DNA of 60,000 bases from Malacoraja senta (GCA_038087875.1 CM075989.1:18912001-18972000), one strand, 5' to 3'; positions 1 through 13,646 are shown, numbered from the stretch's first letter. A program made the numbers and translations. The notes: generated by a model not told the origin, from the letters alone.

Positions 1-433
1 AACAGTGCGATATTAATGTCAGGTTACAATTACGTTGAGGGAGTGATTGCACAATTAATGAAAGAATCTTTTCTTTCTGCAAAATTGTAACTCTGCAAAT
101 CAATATGACCATATCAAAATGGTGGACAATATTACAATACGTTATAAACTGTCGTATGCAGCAAAAAAACTGGAATTCATATTCTTTTAGAATCAATATT
201 TATTTTAGGAGCAGTCGCCTTCTGCTACATAATCCCTGTATCAACAACTATTTAATCCTTGTATCAAAAGCAATTAAGCAATCTCAATTAAAACATTGCT
301 ACTGTTCACAATATTGACTTATATAATTGAAATCCAGAGCAATGTTCCTTCTGGATTGGTTTAAAACTGTCCTATTTTGTATGTTGCATGCAGATTTTAC
401 CCAACCCACTTAAATATTTTTTTATTAATGCAG

Positions 434-550
434 AGCAAGACGCAAAGGAGAAGGAAACATTGATAACCATCATGAAAAATCTAATTGATTTTGTGAAGAT
501 GATGGTGAAATACGGGACAATTAAACCAGAAGAAGGCGTTTCATACCTGG
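434..550 (+). CDS. SCG3: Secretogranin III, internal coding exon (first in window; upstream exons lie outside)
   Basis: cag|AG acceptor at 431-433, G|gtgag donor at 551. Encodes (E)[38 protein letters not shown], matching the recalled vertebrate SCG3 segment [35 protein letters not shown]. 117 nt, phase 1/1. Confidence 0.96.
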
Positions 551-926
551 GTGAGATTACATTTAAATATACACTGATTACATTTTATATTAGTGTCTAA
601 TGATCAAAAAGTGCATTAATGAACAACTTCTCTTGTGAGAAGCAAGGAGAGGGAAGAATTACATTTCATGTTTTTCTTCACTCCTTACAATGCCGTGTAC
701 GACAGTGATCGCAACTTCTACTGAAGTGTGGATGGCCGTTGGCTCACTAGGAGCTCATCCGCCCTTTGACAGGTCTTGTTTTTGGTCCTGCTGGGGGTCC
801 ACAGCCACCTCCTCACCTGGCAAACCAGGTGGGGGAGACGGTTTAGTCGCCGACTATCCGATGGAGCAGGTAGCACGGGATTACATGGTACCCGTGGCGG
901 GGGAAACTCACCCCGACTGGACCTGA

Positions 927-1860
927 AAAGTGCAAGGTCTTGCATTTTAGAAGTCAAACCAGGCCAGGACCTTCAAAATGAACGGTCGGCCCCGAGGAGT
1001 GTTGTAGAACAGAGGGATATCGGATGAAAGGTATATAGTTTCTTGAAAATAGCATCATAGGTAGATAGGGTGGTGAAGATGGCTTTTGGCATGCTGGCCT
1101 TCATTAGGCAGGGAATTGCATATAGAGATTGGGACGCTGTGTTACTGTTGTGCAAAATATTCATAAGATCGTGCTTGGAGTATTATGTTCACTTTTGGTC
1201 ACCTTGCTGGAGGAACGATGCCATTAAGCAGATTGACAAATTCTTGATTAGTACGGGTGTCAGGGTTATGGGGAGAAGGCAGGAGAATGGGGTTGAGCGG
1301 GAGAGGTAGATCAGCGACGATTGAATGGCGGAGTAGACTTGATGGGCCGAATGGCCTAATTCTGCTCCTAGAAGGTATGAAGCTGGAAAAAGGGTGCAAA
1401 GAAGATTCACGAGGATGTTACAAGGGCTTGAGGGCCTGAGCTACAGGGAGATGTTGGGCAGGCTAAGACTTTGTTCCTTTGAGTGCAGGAGGCTGAGGGG
1501 TGATCTTACAGAGGTGTACAAAATCATAAGGGGAATAGAGACGGTGAAAGCATATAGTATTTTTCCTAGGGGAGGAGAATCAAGAACCAGAAGGTGTAGG
1601 TTTAAGGTGTGAGGGGAAAGATTTAATATGAACCTGAGAGGCAACTTTTCCACCCGAGGGTGGTGGGTATATGGAATGAACTGCCAGAGGAAGTGGTTGA
1701 GGCAGATACAATACTACATTGAAAAGGACATTTGGACAGGTGCATGAATAGAGAGATATGGACCATACACGGGCAAAAGGGACTAGCTTAGATGGGACAT
1801 TTTGATCGCCATGGATGAGTTTGGCCAAAGGATCTGTTTCAGTCCTCTATAACTCTATGA
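927..1860 (+). mobile_element. Degenerate CR1 LINE 3' portion, with a second CR1 tail nested at about 1228-1372
   Basis: KCKVLHF..., LEYYVHFWSP, QRRFTRMLQGLEGLSYREMLGRL...RRLRGDLTEVYKII. Confidence 0.85.
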
Positions 1861-4800
1861 CCCTCAGAAGACAATGGAACATCACCTGTAGGTGCAACAG
1901 GGAAATGATGTAGGTCGGTTCTGCATCCTGTCATGGATGAAATATGTAACATTAATCCTTGTTCAATTACACTTGAAGGTCGGATAGAAATTTTGAAAAG
2001 TTTCCTCAAAGATTTTGTCTCTCTCCCGGGAACCCAAGCAGTCTGGTGAACGTTGATTGTGTGCGGTCTGTTCCATGCAGTAGTACACTTAATGGCTCAG
2101 CGTTCTTCCCCACTTTATAAATCATATGCGGAAATCTGAGCTGTGGAGTTTATGTATCATCTGGATTTCATAAACAGTGCTATCTACCCATTGGTGACCC
2201 TTGATCGGACTTTACTGCCTTTATCTTGCACTAAACGTTATTCCCTTATCCTGTATCTATACACTGTAAATGGCTCGATTGTAATCATGTGTTGTCTTTC
2301 CGCTGACTAGTTAGCACGCTTCAAGAGCTTTTCACTGTATCTCGGTACATGTGACAATAAACTAAACTGAACTAAACTAAACTATTCCAGTGTAGAATGC
2401 CAAATTATCTCTGAAAACAACCTCAATTTTACACTCAGGGTTCTGGAAATTGTTACAAAATAATATTGCAGGCAGATAAGTAGAGGAAACACTTTTTCTC
2501 ACAGAGAGTGGTGAGTCTGTGGAATTCTCTGCCTCAGAGGGCGGTGGAGGCAGGTTTTCTGGATGCTTTCAAGATAGAGCTAGATAGGGCTCTTAAAAAT
2601 AGCGGAGTCAGGGGATATGGGGAGAAGGCAGGAACGGGGATACTGATTGGGGTTGATCAGCCATGATCACATTGAATGGCGGTGCTGACTCGAAGGGCCA
2701 AATGGCCTACCCCTGCATCTATTGTCTATTGTCTATCACTAATTTTTCTAGGTCTCTATTACTATAATGATCTGGAAATCATAAGCCAGGTAATTTTCCC
2801 CCTCATTTTTCACTGTATACTGTGTTGAGGTAATTTATGTCAAATGATAATATGGAGAGGTCTATCTCTACCCTACTGTTTCCACAACTCGACAGTGTCT
2901 CAGGGGACAGAAACATCTTCAGACGCTGGAATCGCAAGCAAAATACAAAGCAACGGAAGGACTCAGCGGGTCAGGCAGCATCTGTGGAGGGAATAGACAG
3001 GCAACGTCTGGGGTCGGGACCCTTCTTCAGACTGATGGAGTGGTGGGGAGAAAGCTTGGGGGGAACGAGAGGTTTGGTGGTGGGGGGGTGGGGGTGCTAA
3101 ACCTGGCAAGGGACAGTACTTCCTCAGGTTTGAGGGAAACATTACGGTCACAAGACTGATCAGAGGATTAAGTTACAATGAAACAGCAGAAAAAAAGAAC
3201 TCGAGGCACGAAGTGTTGATGCACAAAGAGAAGAGAAGCTGGATAAATACATGAGGGAGGGAGTGGAAGGATCCACTGATTGAATTAGATGACCAGGGAT
3301 TGGGGGGAGGCCTGTGTGGAACATAAACGTGATCGCGGAGCAGTTTAACTGAACGGTCTGTTTCTGGTGCTCTCGATTCGATCCAGTTTCATGTCAACAC
3401 TGTGGCTCTTTTGGGCGGCACATTGACGCCGTTGGTAGAGCAGCTGCCTCACAGCGCCAGAGACCCAGGTTCGATCCTGACCTCGGGTCTGTCCGTCTGC
3501 ACTTGTACGTTCTCCCACGAGGTCACGGGGAGAACATACAAACTCCATACCGACAGCACCCATAGTCGGGATCGAACCCGGGTCTCTGGCGCTGTGAGGC
3601 AGCAACTCTACCGCTGCGCCACCGTGCCGCCCTTTCATAGGAGTCGGAGAAGACCAAAGATTAATGTTGTTGAGGTACGGCTTTGTGTTAGTGATTAGTG
3701 TTGTGCAGTGTTCAATCAAGAATCCAGGAACAAGGGTAACATGTATGTGCAGAGATTTTAAAAGGCCTTCAGTGACTGGAGGTTGGAGGAATGAGGAATT
3801 ATTACACGGCCTGTAATAATTCCTCATTACACGGCCTGTAATAATTTCAGAGGAGCTGACAGGGTCAGTGGGGAACAGAGCATTCACTGGAAACAGAGTT
3901 GAACATTTAGGTCTGAGATGATGAGAAGATTTATTAAATTAAAAGTTATGATTCTTTGGAACTCTCTACCTCAGAGAAGGACATGGATGGGCAATTATTC
4001 ATTCCTCTCAAGGCCAGGATCAATATTTTTTGATCACAGAGGGAATTAGATATGGGTGTCGGACAGGAAAATGATTGAAGTGGAGAATCAGCCAAGATTT
4101 TATTATATGGTGGCCTAGACCCAAGGGGACAATGTGCCCCAAGAGGGCTGCTATTTCTGATGTTCTTATGTTGATGACACAATATTAAATAGTACAGGTA
4201 AGGAAAATGAAAAGTATCACTTTAAAGTCCTGACAAGCATCAGGAATGTTTTTGTTTATGAATTAACTTTTTTAGTAACAAAAATGTCAGGGAGAGAAAG
4301 TGTGATCTTGGGTTGGAAGCCACGATTGTACAAAGACATAATGCTCCTTCTACAGTGGACATTTGGGGCTTGAAGTCACTGTCTGAAGAAGCTTTGGCGT
4401 AGATAGAAACAGAGAACACTAGTTTAGTTAGATCAGTTTAGTTAATCGTCACGTGTACCGAGGTACAGTGAAAAGCCTTTGTTGCGTGCTAACCAGTCAG
4501 CGGAAAGACAATACATGATGACAACCGAGCCATTCACAGTTTACAGATACATGATAAAGGGATTAACGTTCCGTGCAAGGTATGGTCCAGTAAATTCCGA
4601 TCAAAGATAGTCCAAGTGTTCCCAATGAAGTAGCTAGTATAGTAGCTCTAGTTGTTGGTAGGATGGTTCAGATACTCTGAGATACTCTGCAGGATGGCCA
4701 GCGTCTGTGAAGAGAAAAAAGAAGAGAGTGGAGAGAGGGTTTCAAACTTTAGCAAATAGTTCATGGATTTGGAAAAGTATCAGCATGCAGAGAGTGGACT

Positions 4801-7800
4801 GTTCATGCCACAACTTAAAATAGAACCTGACAACTAACAACTACATTCATCAGTCTCAGGAAGGGTCTTGACCTGAAACGTCACCCATTCCCTCTCTCCA
4901 GAGATGCTGCCTGTCCCGCTGAGTTACTCCAGCTTCAGAAGGTAGACACAAAGAGCTGGAGTAACTCAGTGGGTCAGGCAGCATCTCTGGAGAGAAGGAA
5001 TGGGTGACATTTCGGGTCGAGCCCCTTCTTCAGACTGAATTTCATTGTTTTACATGATGCTTCCATTCACAGAGTAAACAATAAAAATATTAAGTGAAAC
5101 CTTTATACCTTCATCTAATGCCAGAGTGGCTCGACAATACTTGCCTTATTTACAATGGGTCGATGCCGACCATTTATTTTTTCAGCTTTCTGTTATCAGC
5201 CTCATATTTTCTAATTTAATAGATTAAAATAAAGCGAAGTACTTAACAAATATTGTTATAAAAACTCTTTGCATTTCCGGATAGTGCGTGCATCTGACAA
5301 CAGCTGAGCAAACATTTGGATTGGAATTAATCTTACAGATGCCATTTCCTTCCTGCGATAACAAGTATTAGTTTAGTTTACTATTGTCAAGTGTACAGTG
5401 AAAAGCTTCTGTTTGCATGCTAACCGCTCAGAGAAAAGACTGTACAAGAATACAATAAGGCTGCCCACTCTGCACAGAGGGTACAATATTCAGTGCAAGA
5501 TATAGTTATAACATCACAGACCAATTAAAGACAGTTCAAAGCTCTTCAATGAGGTATTGGTACCACAATGTATTGAATAATCAGTCGCAATGTTTTGCTT
5601 CAAATGCGCAAGCAATTTAAACTATTTCATAGTTTTTATTATTATAACTATTATTTCATATAGTATACCATTAGTATACTCATTAGTATATAAATTAGTA
5701 TACTTTAGTATATGAATAGGAATACTTATAAACAGCATACTATAAATAAGTATAGTAAACTTATTAAATATAATATACTAAATAATATACTTATTCATAA
5801 TTGATAGGAGCAGAATTAGGCCATTTGGCCCATCAAGTCTACTCCGCCATTCAATTGTGGCTGATCTATCTTTCCCTCTCAACCCCATTCACCTGCCTTC
5901 TCCCCATAATCCCTGACACTCTTACTAATCAACTCTTGTAAATAACATACTATTATTTGGTATAGTATTAACTATTACAAAATATAATATGAATTTGCTA
6001 CTCTACAGTACCAAATCAGTTTGGCAGGTTGCAGTAATTAATTCAATTTGTTGATTTGTAAGCAAAATATTTAACTGCAGTCTTTATATACATTGTTGAA
6101 ACTGAGAGTATATACTGTATACATATATTGTTTAAACTGATCAAATAAAATGAGGAATGAGTTCCCACTGGAGCAAAACGTCACAAATGTTGAATTACTG
6201 GAAAGGGCAACACAAACCAGAGTCCAGTGTGTGAGTGGCAACAACATTACGTTTTATGGCCTTGAAGTTGCAGAAGGAAGGAAATAATAAGTTTGGGGAA
6301 AGGTAGCTTTGAGGCATTGCTGACAAACAAGTTCATATTATAAAGTTGCATTTGGATTCTGCTATAATAAGGAGGGAGTGCACAAACTTGGATAACAGCA
6401 GCATTGAACAAGATTTGGGGATCTACAGCCATTTTAGCTCTCAGGGCATGTTGTCTTCTGCTAATGCAGGGGAGTTTAGTTCGGTTTAGTTTGGTTTAGT
6501 TTAGTTTAGAGATACAGCACGGAAACAGGCTCTCCGGCCCACCGACCAGTGATCACCCCGTACACAAGCACTATCCTACAGACTAGGGACAATTTCCAAT
6601 TTTTACCAAAGCCAAATTAACCTACGAACCTGAGTTTTGTAGATTAACTCTGAAGAGAGTTCTGGCAATGGAAGATTCTGTCAGAGCAGGAAGCTAAGCC
6701 TGTTTGATAGACAAATGTCTCAAGATATATGGTTAAATGTTTTTGGAGGAAACAGAACTAAACACCAATGCAGTAAAGGATTAGCAGATTGTGTTCCCCA
6801 GTTGTCATGTAATCCATCTACAGTTTTAATCTCTGTCAAGGCACAGTGCTGGAAGAACTCAGCAGGTCAGGCAGCATCTGTGGAGGGAATGGACAGACGA
6901 CATTTTGAGTTGGGACCCTTCTTCAGACTGAGGAAATGGGGGGTGGGGGGGAGAAAGCTGGGAAACGAGAGGTGGGGTGGGCCAAACCCTGGCAAGTGAT
7001 AGGTGGATACAAGTGAGGGGGGGGAAGGGGAGGCTGATTGGCAGATGGGTGGAGTAAGTGACAAAGGCTACAAGTGAAAAGCAGACAAAAGGGCATCATA
7101 AATAAGGAGAGAAGAGGTGGAGTGAAATGTAAATTCCTCATTAGACATGTTGACGTGCATAGATAGTAAAGGTTGAGAAGTTAAAAATAATTAAAATGAT
7201 TTTTAATGGAAGTCATTTAAAATACTATAGTGTAGCTCAGGCAAGTGTGATTAATACAAGGTTCTGCAACACTGGCAATTAACTGCAATTTTAATCTGTA
7301 TTGCATGTGGAGTTGAGCAAATCTCATAAAGTCATATATTAGGAGGAATGCAAAGAATTATTTGCCATTAATTTCAATCAGTGACCAGCATTTCACTTTA
7401 AAATTCACCTTCACAACCCCCAATGGCACACACACAGAACCATTTCAATGCCATTACTAACCAGAGAGCAGACCTAGACTTACTGGAAATGATATCAAGC
7501 TCAGATTAAATATTAATTTTGTTGAAGCAAAAGATTTGCAGCTGAACCTTTAAACCACAGGATTTTAAAGCTATCTTTATCAAACATTATAAAATGTAAC
7601 GTCACCCATTCCTTCTCTCCAGAGATGCAGCCTGTCCCGCTGAGTTACTCCAGCATTTTATGTCTACCTTTGATTTAAACCAGCATCTGCAGTTCTTTCC
7701 CACACATGCTTTTAACAAAACAGTACTATATTCCCGTTTACAATTGTGTGTCACTTCCAGACTAATTATAGAAAAACAAACATTATATAGAAATATTTAA

Positions 7801-9839
7801 AAAAAAAGATAGTTCATGTTATATTATATGCTGTTTCAATCTATACATAAAATGGACAATTGGCCTGATATACCCTGCACAAATACCAGGCCTCAGATGG
7901 CCTATTGCCACCTTGATCAGCCTTCTCGTGTGCTGGCTGCTTATAAACCTGAGGCTCACAGATAACACAGGAACTGATTCCTCAGTCGAACTCGTCCATG
8001 ACAACCAAGGTCCCACATAATGCTTCGGGAGCAACTGGAGATGCTGGTTTACACTGAAGATAGACACAAAAAGCTGGAGTAGCTCAGCGGGACAGGCAGC
8101 ATCTCAGGATAGAAGGAATGGGTGACGTTTCGGGTCGAGACCTTTCTTCAGACTGACGTCGGAGAGAAGAGGAGAACGTCTTCAAAGGAGGCATACTTTG
8201 AGGAGATTTTGCAGTGGAGCAGACAAAATGTCTAGGAAGTACAGTCTGAAGAAGGGTCTCGACCCAAAACGTAATCCATTCCTTCTATCCAGAGTTGCTG
8301 CCTCCAGCATTTTGTGTCTATCTTCCCACATAATGCTAGTCCCATTTGCCCATATCTGCCCTGTATCTCCCTCTACCTTTCCTAGAAATGTGCCTGTCCA
8401 AATTACTTTTGTACTTGCCTCAACTATCTCCTCTGGCAGTTCCAATGGAGCTGATCCATTGATCAGTCCAATGATCAGTCTGAAGAAGGGTCTCAACCCA
8501 AAATGTCACCCATTCCTTCTCTCCAGAGATGCTGCCTGTCCTGCTGAGTTACTCCAACATTTTGTGTCTACTTTTGATTTGTACCAGCATCTGCAGTTCT
8601 TCATTACACACTTCCTCTGGCAGCTCGTTCCATTTACCCACTACACTCTGAGTGAAAAAGCTGCCCCTGAGGTTTCTAATAAATCATTCCTCCTCAGCTT
8701 ATACCGATGCACTCTGGTTCTTGATTTCCCTTTCCTGGGTAAAAGATTCTGTGTATTCATCCTATCTATTCCCCTCATGATTTTTTATACGCATCTATAA
8801 GATCACCCATCTTCCAGCATCCATGGAATATAGTCCTAGCTTGCTCGAACTCGAGTCCCAGCAACATATTCGTAAATCTTCTCTGCACCCTCTCCAGCTT
8901 AGTGGCATCTTTCCCATAGCAGGGTGACCAAAACTGAACACAATACTTAAAGTGTAGCCTCACTGACGTCTTGTACAACCACCAGAGTTTGAGTTCTAAA
9001 TCTGAGTTGACACAACGATGTTCTGTGAGGAAAGGCTGTTTTGTGAGAGAGACCTGTCTGCAAAAAGTGCTTTAATCTGAAGAATAAAATACTTGGTGTT
9101 AGACACAAAATTCTGGAGTAACACAGCGGGTCAGGCAGCATCCGCGGAGAAAAAGAAATGGGTGATGTTTCTGAGAAAGGGGTCCCGACCCGAAACAAGA
9201 GTCCGAGGAAGGGTGTCGACCCAAAACGTCACCAAACCTTTTTCTCCAGAGATGCGACCTGACCTGCTGAGTTACTCCAGCACTTTGTGTCTATCTTCGA
9301 TATATACCGGCATCTGCAGTTCCTATCTACAAAAAAAATACATGGTGTGTTGTGTGTGAAATCTCCCACGCCACTGAGTGAAAAATAGCATCTCCTGGCC
9401 AACGTCTCAACTGATGCTATTGATAGCAAATTAAATATAAGTACCGTCGTTTTTGTATGACAATGCTCATGGCTGTCTATCCTTTGGCCTCCTCTCTACT
9501 TCAAAGATTTAGGTTTAGACTTAGGCATATTATGTTGACACATGTCCAGTGTTTTGAATGGTATTCAAACAGATATACTATACATTAATTCAATCAGTTA
9601 AACTTAAGTACACTAGACAGAGGAAATGGGAAGATACAGACTCTGTCTGTACCTAATGTTCGGTTGTAGACAGTAACATCTATTTAAAGTAAGGATTTAT
9701 GGAAATTAATAATATTCAGGGAAGGTTCATTTCCAAATCATAAAACACCACAGTCTTGATTAAAATCTGGGCATGTTTTGAGGAACGAGACTGCGAGCCA
9801 GACCTAGTAATGTTTAGAAACCTGCTTTGTAACTAGCAG

Positions 9840-10398
9840 AAGACAGACACAACATGCTGGTGTAACTCAGCAGGTCAGACAGCATCTCTGGAGAAAAGGA
9901 ATAGGTGACGTTTCGGGTCGAGACCCTTCTTCAGACTGAAAGTCAGTGGGAAGGGAAACGAGAGATATAGACAGTGGTATAGAACAAATTAATGAAAGAT
10001 ATACAAAAAAGTGACGATGATAAAGAAAACAGGCCATTGTTGGCTGAGGGCTAGGTGAAAACGAGTTATAGACAATGAAACTCACCAAGATGACATTGAA
10101 ACTGATACAAAGACTAGGGTGAGGGAGGCACCGAGAAAGAGGGGATGCAAGGATTAAGTTAGAGAAGTCAATGTTCATACCGCTGGGGTGTAAGCTGCCC
10201 AAGTGAAATATGAGGTGCCGTTCCTCCAATTTGCGTTTGGCCTCACTCTGACAATGGAGGAGGCCCAGGACAGAGAGGTCAGTGTGGGAATGAGAAGGAG
10301 AATTAATGTGTTTGGTAACCGGGAGATCAGGTAGGCCCAGGCGGACTAAGCGGAGGTGTTGACGAAACGATCGCCCAGTCTGCGTTTGGTCTCGCCGA
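9840..10398 (-). mobile_element. Penelope-like element remnant: GIY-YIG endonuclease C-terminus plus terminal repeat
   Basis: GETKRRLGDRF...SPSHSHTDLSVLGLLHCQSEAKRKLEERHLIFHLGSLHPSGMNIDFSN, followed by the ctgaagaagggtctcgacccgaaacgtc terminal repeat. Confidence 0.82.
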
Positions 10399-11157
10399 GG
10401 GCTCTTCCCTTAAACAACGGATACAGGAGATGAGGTTGGAGGAGGTGCAATTTGCAGGCATGATTAACAGTGTTCCTAACAATCAAAACATCCCAAATAC
10501 AGATTGGAGAAACTGTTTGAGCAAGATCAGCAGGTTGCTGCAAATACTAAATGGTCAAATAAACACCTTCACCCTAGGATGTCAGTTGCTATGGCAACTA
10601 ATGTGCTTGGTATGGTCCTCTGGGAATTAGCAAATAAAAGCATTGGTTGCTGAGATACTGATCCTCCATTAACCTGCAGACAACTGCTCTACGAGATTCT
10701 GCTTTTACTGAATATTCACTGTGATTCAGCTGTTATTTGAAGTTTTAATGATCTGCCTTTAAACAATAGCTTTTATTTCAATTTGCAGCAGTGACATTTA
10801 CATAAGCAGTTCCTAAATGCGCTTAATTCACTCCAGGGATTAACCCTAAACTGAAACGCGAAGTGTAGAACTGAATTTGAGAACCAGTTTCCTCATCGCC
10901 AATATACCTATGAATCTCACAAATTTGTTGTACTTCATTGAGTTATAATTGAAGTAGGGACGCAAGAGACTGCGGGCCCAGGAATCTTGAGCAAAACACA
11001 AAGTACTGGAGAAACTCAGCGGGTCAGTCAGCCTCTGTGGAGATAATGAACAGACGCTGTTTTGAGTCGGGACCCTTCTACAGACTGCAGTGGAGCAGTA
11101 AAGTGGAGACACAAGAATCTGAATTACATTGCATACTTGTGTTAGACACAGGGTTGC

Positions 11158-11450
11158 AAGGTGGCGTAGCATTAGTGCCGGTGACCCGGGTTCCATCCTG
11201 ATTATGGATAATTAACTGTACGGAGTTTGTACGTTCTCCCCGTGACCTGCGTGGATTTTCTCCAAGATCGGTTTCCTCCCACACTCCAAAGACGTACGGG
11301 TTTGTAGGTTAATCAACTTGGTATAAATATAAAAATGCCCCTAGTGTGTGTAGGATAGTGTTAATGTGTGGGGATTGCTGGTCGGTATGGACTCGGTGGG
11401 CCGAATGGCCTGTTTTCGTGCTGTATCTCTAAACTAAACTAAACTAAATA
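11158..11450 (+). mobile_element. HE1/V-SINE-type element
   Basis: Degenerate head, conserved core and (ctaaa)n tail. Confidence 0.82.
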
Positions 11451-12923
11451 AAGTAAAGGGGATATGAATTCCTTTAACTTCGACTAGAAGGCTGAAAATC
11501 ATTAGAGATAATGCATTCGAGCAGGAGGTTATCTTAAGACTGCTTCTCTGTTCAAGATATACACTGTAGGCATTGTCCCCTCCGAACAAGTGAGCATTTG
11601 TTGGGATAATTTATAATTAGGATCCCTTATCTGGAAAAATGTGTCGGAAATAATTGGGAAGCCAAAATGGCGTCTCTTGCATCTGGACTGCTCCGTGTGT
11701 GTACTGCACTAACTGGGGCGATTGTGTTTATGCACGGGGATCGTCCTGCAAATCTGTATGAAAGAAATGTATTTCACTGTACCTGGTACACATAGAAACA
11801 TAGACAATAGGTGCAGGAGTAGGCCATTCGGCCCTTCGAACCAGCACCGTCATTCAATATGATCCTGGTTGATCATCCAAAAGCAGTACCCCGTTCCCCA
11901 TAATTTTCCCCCATAATCCCTTGATTACGTTAGACCTAAGAGCTGCATCTAACTTTCTCTTGAAAACATCCAGCGAATTGGCCTCCACAGAGAATTCCAC
12001 AGATTCACAACTCTCTGGGTGAATCCAGAGACACGTGACAATAAAGAAGCCATTGCTACCATTGTGACATTGTCAATGCAGTTGAGGATGGGGTATTAAC
12101 AAAGTCTGTACCGTGGACCCTTGAGCATGAATCAGCGGGCTGGAATGTATATCCACAGCAGCTGAGTAAATCAATCTGAGTATGGCTGAACTATTTATTC
12201 CTGAAGGTTTGGGCGAGGCATCAAAATGAAGCTGACATCATGGGATTCTGAAAGTAAGGATGCAGATCAAGAGTTGGCAACGGTATCATGACTAAACTTG
12301 CGTGTGATCCAGAATCAATTTTCATGTTGCGCTGGGGCTACATGAAAGGATCTATTTTTGGAGTGTGGTAAAAGAAACAAAAAGATCTGACTTGGGTTGG
12401 GATATGCAATCCGGATCGCTCATCCCAAACCAGATTAGTTTGCAGACCCAAGGATCTGTGAGCGTTGGAATGTTGGGAGAAACACAAAGTGCTGGATGAA
12501 CTCAGCGGGTCAGGCAGCATCTGTGGAGGGGATGGAAAGGCGATATTTCGGGTCGGGATGCTTCTACACATTAATGCTGATGTTTTGGGTTGGGACACCT
12601 CTTCAGATCAAAGGAGGGTCTCGACCTGAAACGTCACCTGTTCCTATTTCTCCAGAAATGTTGGCTGACCCGCTGAGTTACTCCCGCAGCTTGTGTCTAT
12701 CTCCGGTAGAAACAAGCATCTGTAGTTCCTTCCTACACAAGGAAGGGTCCTGAACCAAAACGCCAGCAGTCCATTCCCTCCACAGATGCTGACTTACCCA
12801 CTGAGTTCCTCGAGCACTGGCTGTTTCGAATGAGTTTTCCCTGGGTTTATATTGACAGATTGCTTTGAATAGGCGATGCATGATTTTGTATTTATGACTG
12901 AAGTCACTCTCTTTTCCCGGCAG

Positions 12924-13007
12924 AGAATCTCGATGCAATGATCGCTGTGCAGACAAAAAACAAGCTCGGCAAAGTCAAGCCCTATGCCATAAGTAAGGAA
13001 ACAGAAG
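12924..13007 (+). CDS. SCG3: Secretogranin III coding exon
   Basis: Pyrimidine tract plus cag acceptor. Encodes (E)NLDAMIAVQTKNKLGKVKPYAISKETE (cf. ENLDEMIALQTKNKL). AAG|gtaaac donor, 84 nt, phase 1/1. An alternative in-frame donor exists at 12993. Confidence 0.92.
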
Positions 13008-13128
13008 GTAAACTTGGAATCTATGTTTAAATCTATTGGGCAACATAGTTTAAACAAAACCATTTCTTCAAGGATGGTTTTTTGTGCCAATTTTTACAAT
13101 TAAAATGAGGTCTAATCACTTTCTGCAG

Positions 13129-13242
13129 GTACAATTAATGACTTAGACAGCACAAAGAACCACTTCATAAAGCAGGACAAAGAGACGGCTAATTCTGAGG
13201 ACTCCACGAAAGAGATAGTGGAAGAAACAGAAGAGGAGAAAG
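13129..13242 (+). CDS. SCG3: Secretogranin III coding exon (divergent acidic region)
   Basis: ttctgcag acceptor, AAG|gtgggc donor, 114 nt, phase 1/1. Encodes (G)TINDLDSTKNHFIKQDKETANSEDSTKEIVEETEEEK, keeping the two DSTK motifs of SCG3. Confidence 0.85.
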
Positions 13243-13357
13243 GTGGGCAGTTCACTCGTTTATCAACACATCTCGTTTCTCTGCATAAGGACTGAATCAG
13301 TCCAAATTATTAACCGCATCATTTCTGTGAAAGAGCCAAACAGGAAATGGTGACATA

Positions 13358-13646
13358 GGTGGCACAGCGGTAGAGTTGCCGCCTTACAGCGCCAGAGACC
13401 CGGATTCGATCCTGACTACGGGTGCTATCTGTATGGTCTCTCCATGACCACGTGGGTTTTCTCCAGGTGCTCCGGTTTCCTCCCACATTCCAAAGACGTA
13501 TAGGTTTGTAGGTTAATTGGCTTTGGTAAAATTGTAAATTGTCCCTAATGCCTGTAGGATAGTGTTAATGTGCGGGGATCGCTGGTCGGCACGGACTCGG
13601 TGGGCCGAAGGGCCTGTTTCCGTGCAGTTTTTCTAAACTAAAGTAA
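13358..13646 (+). mobile_element. tRNA-derived HE1/V-SINE-type element
   Basis: A-box-like ggtggcacagcggtaga, B-box-like gattcgatcc, central ccggtttcctcccaca domain, CR1-like tail gggccgaagggcctgtttcc...ctaaactaaa. Confidence 0.85.

Noticed and set aside
388..600. ORF 388-600 as a stand-alone gene (likewise 41735-42025, 31325-31615, 58390-58755)
   Set aside because: These are exons read through into introns. Splice sites define the true boundaries.
5640..5800. AT-rich tagtata-type repeats
   Set aside because: Degenerate low-complexity sequence with no sign of function.
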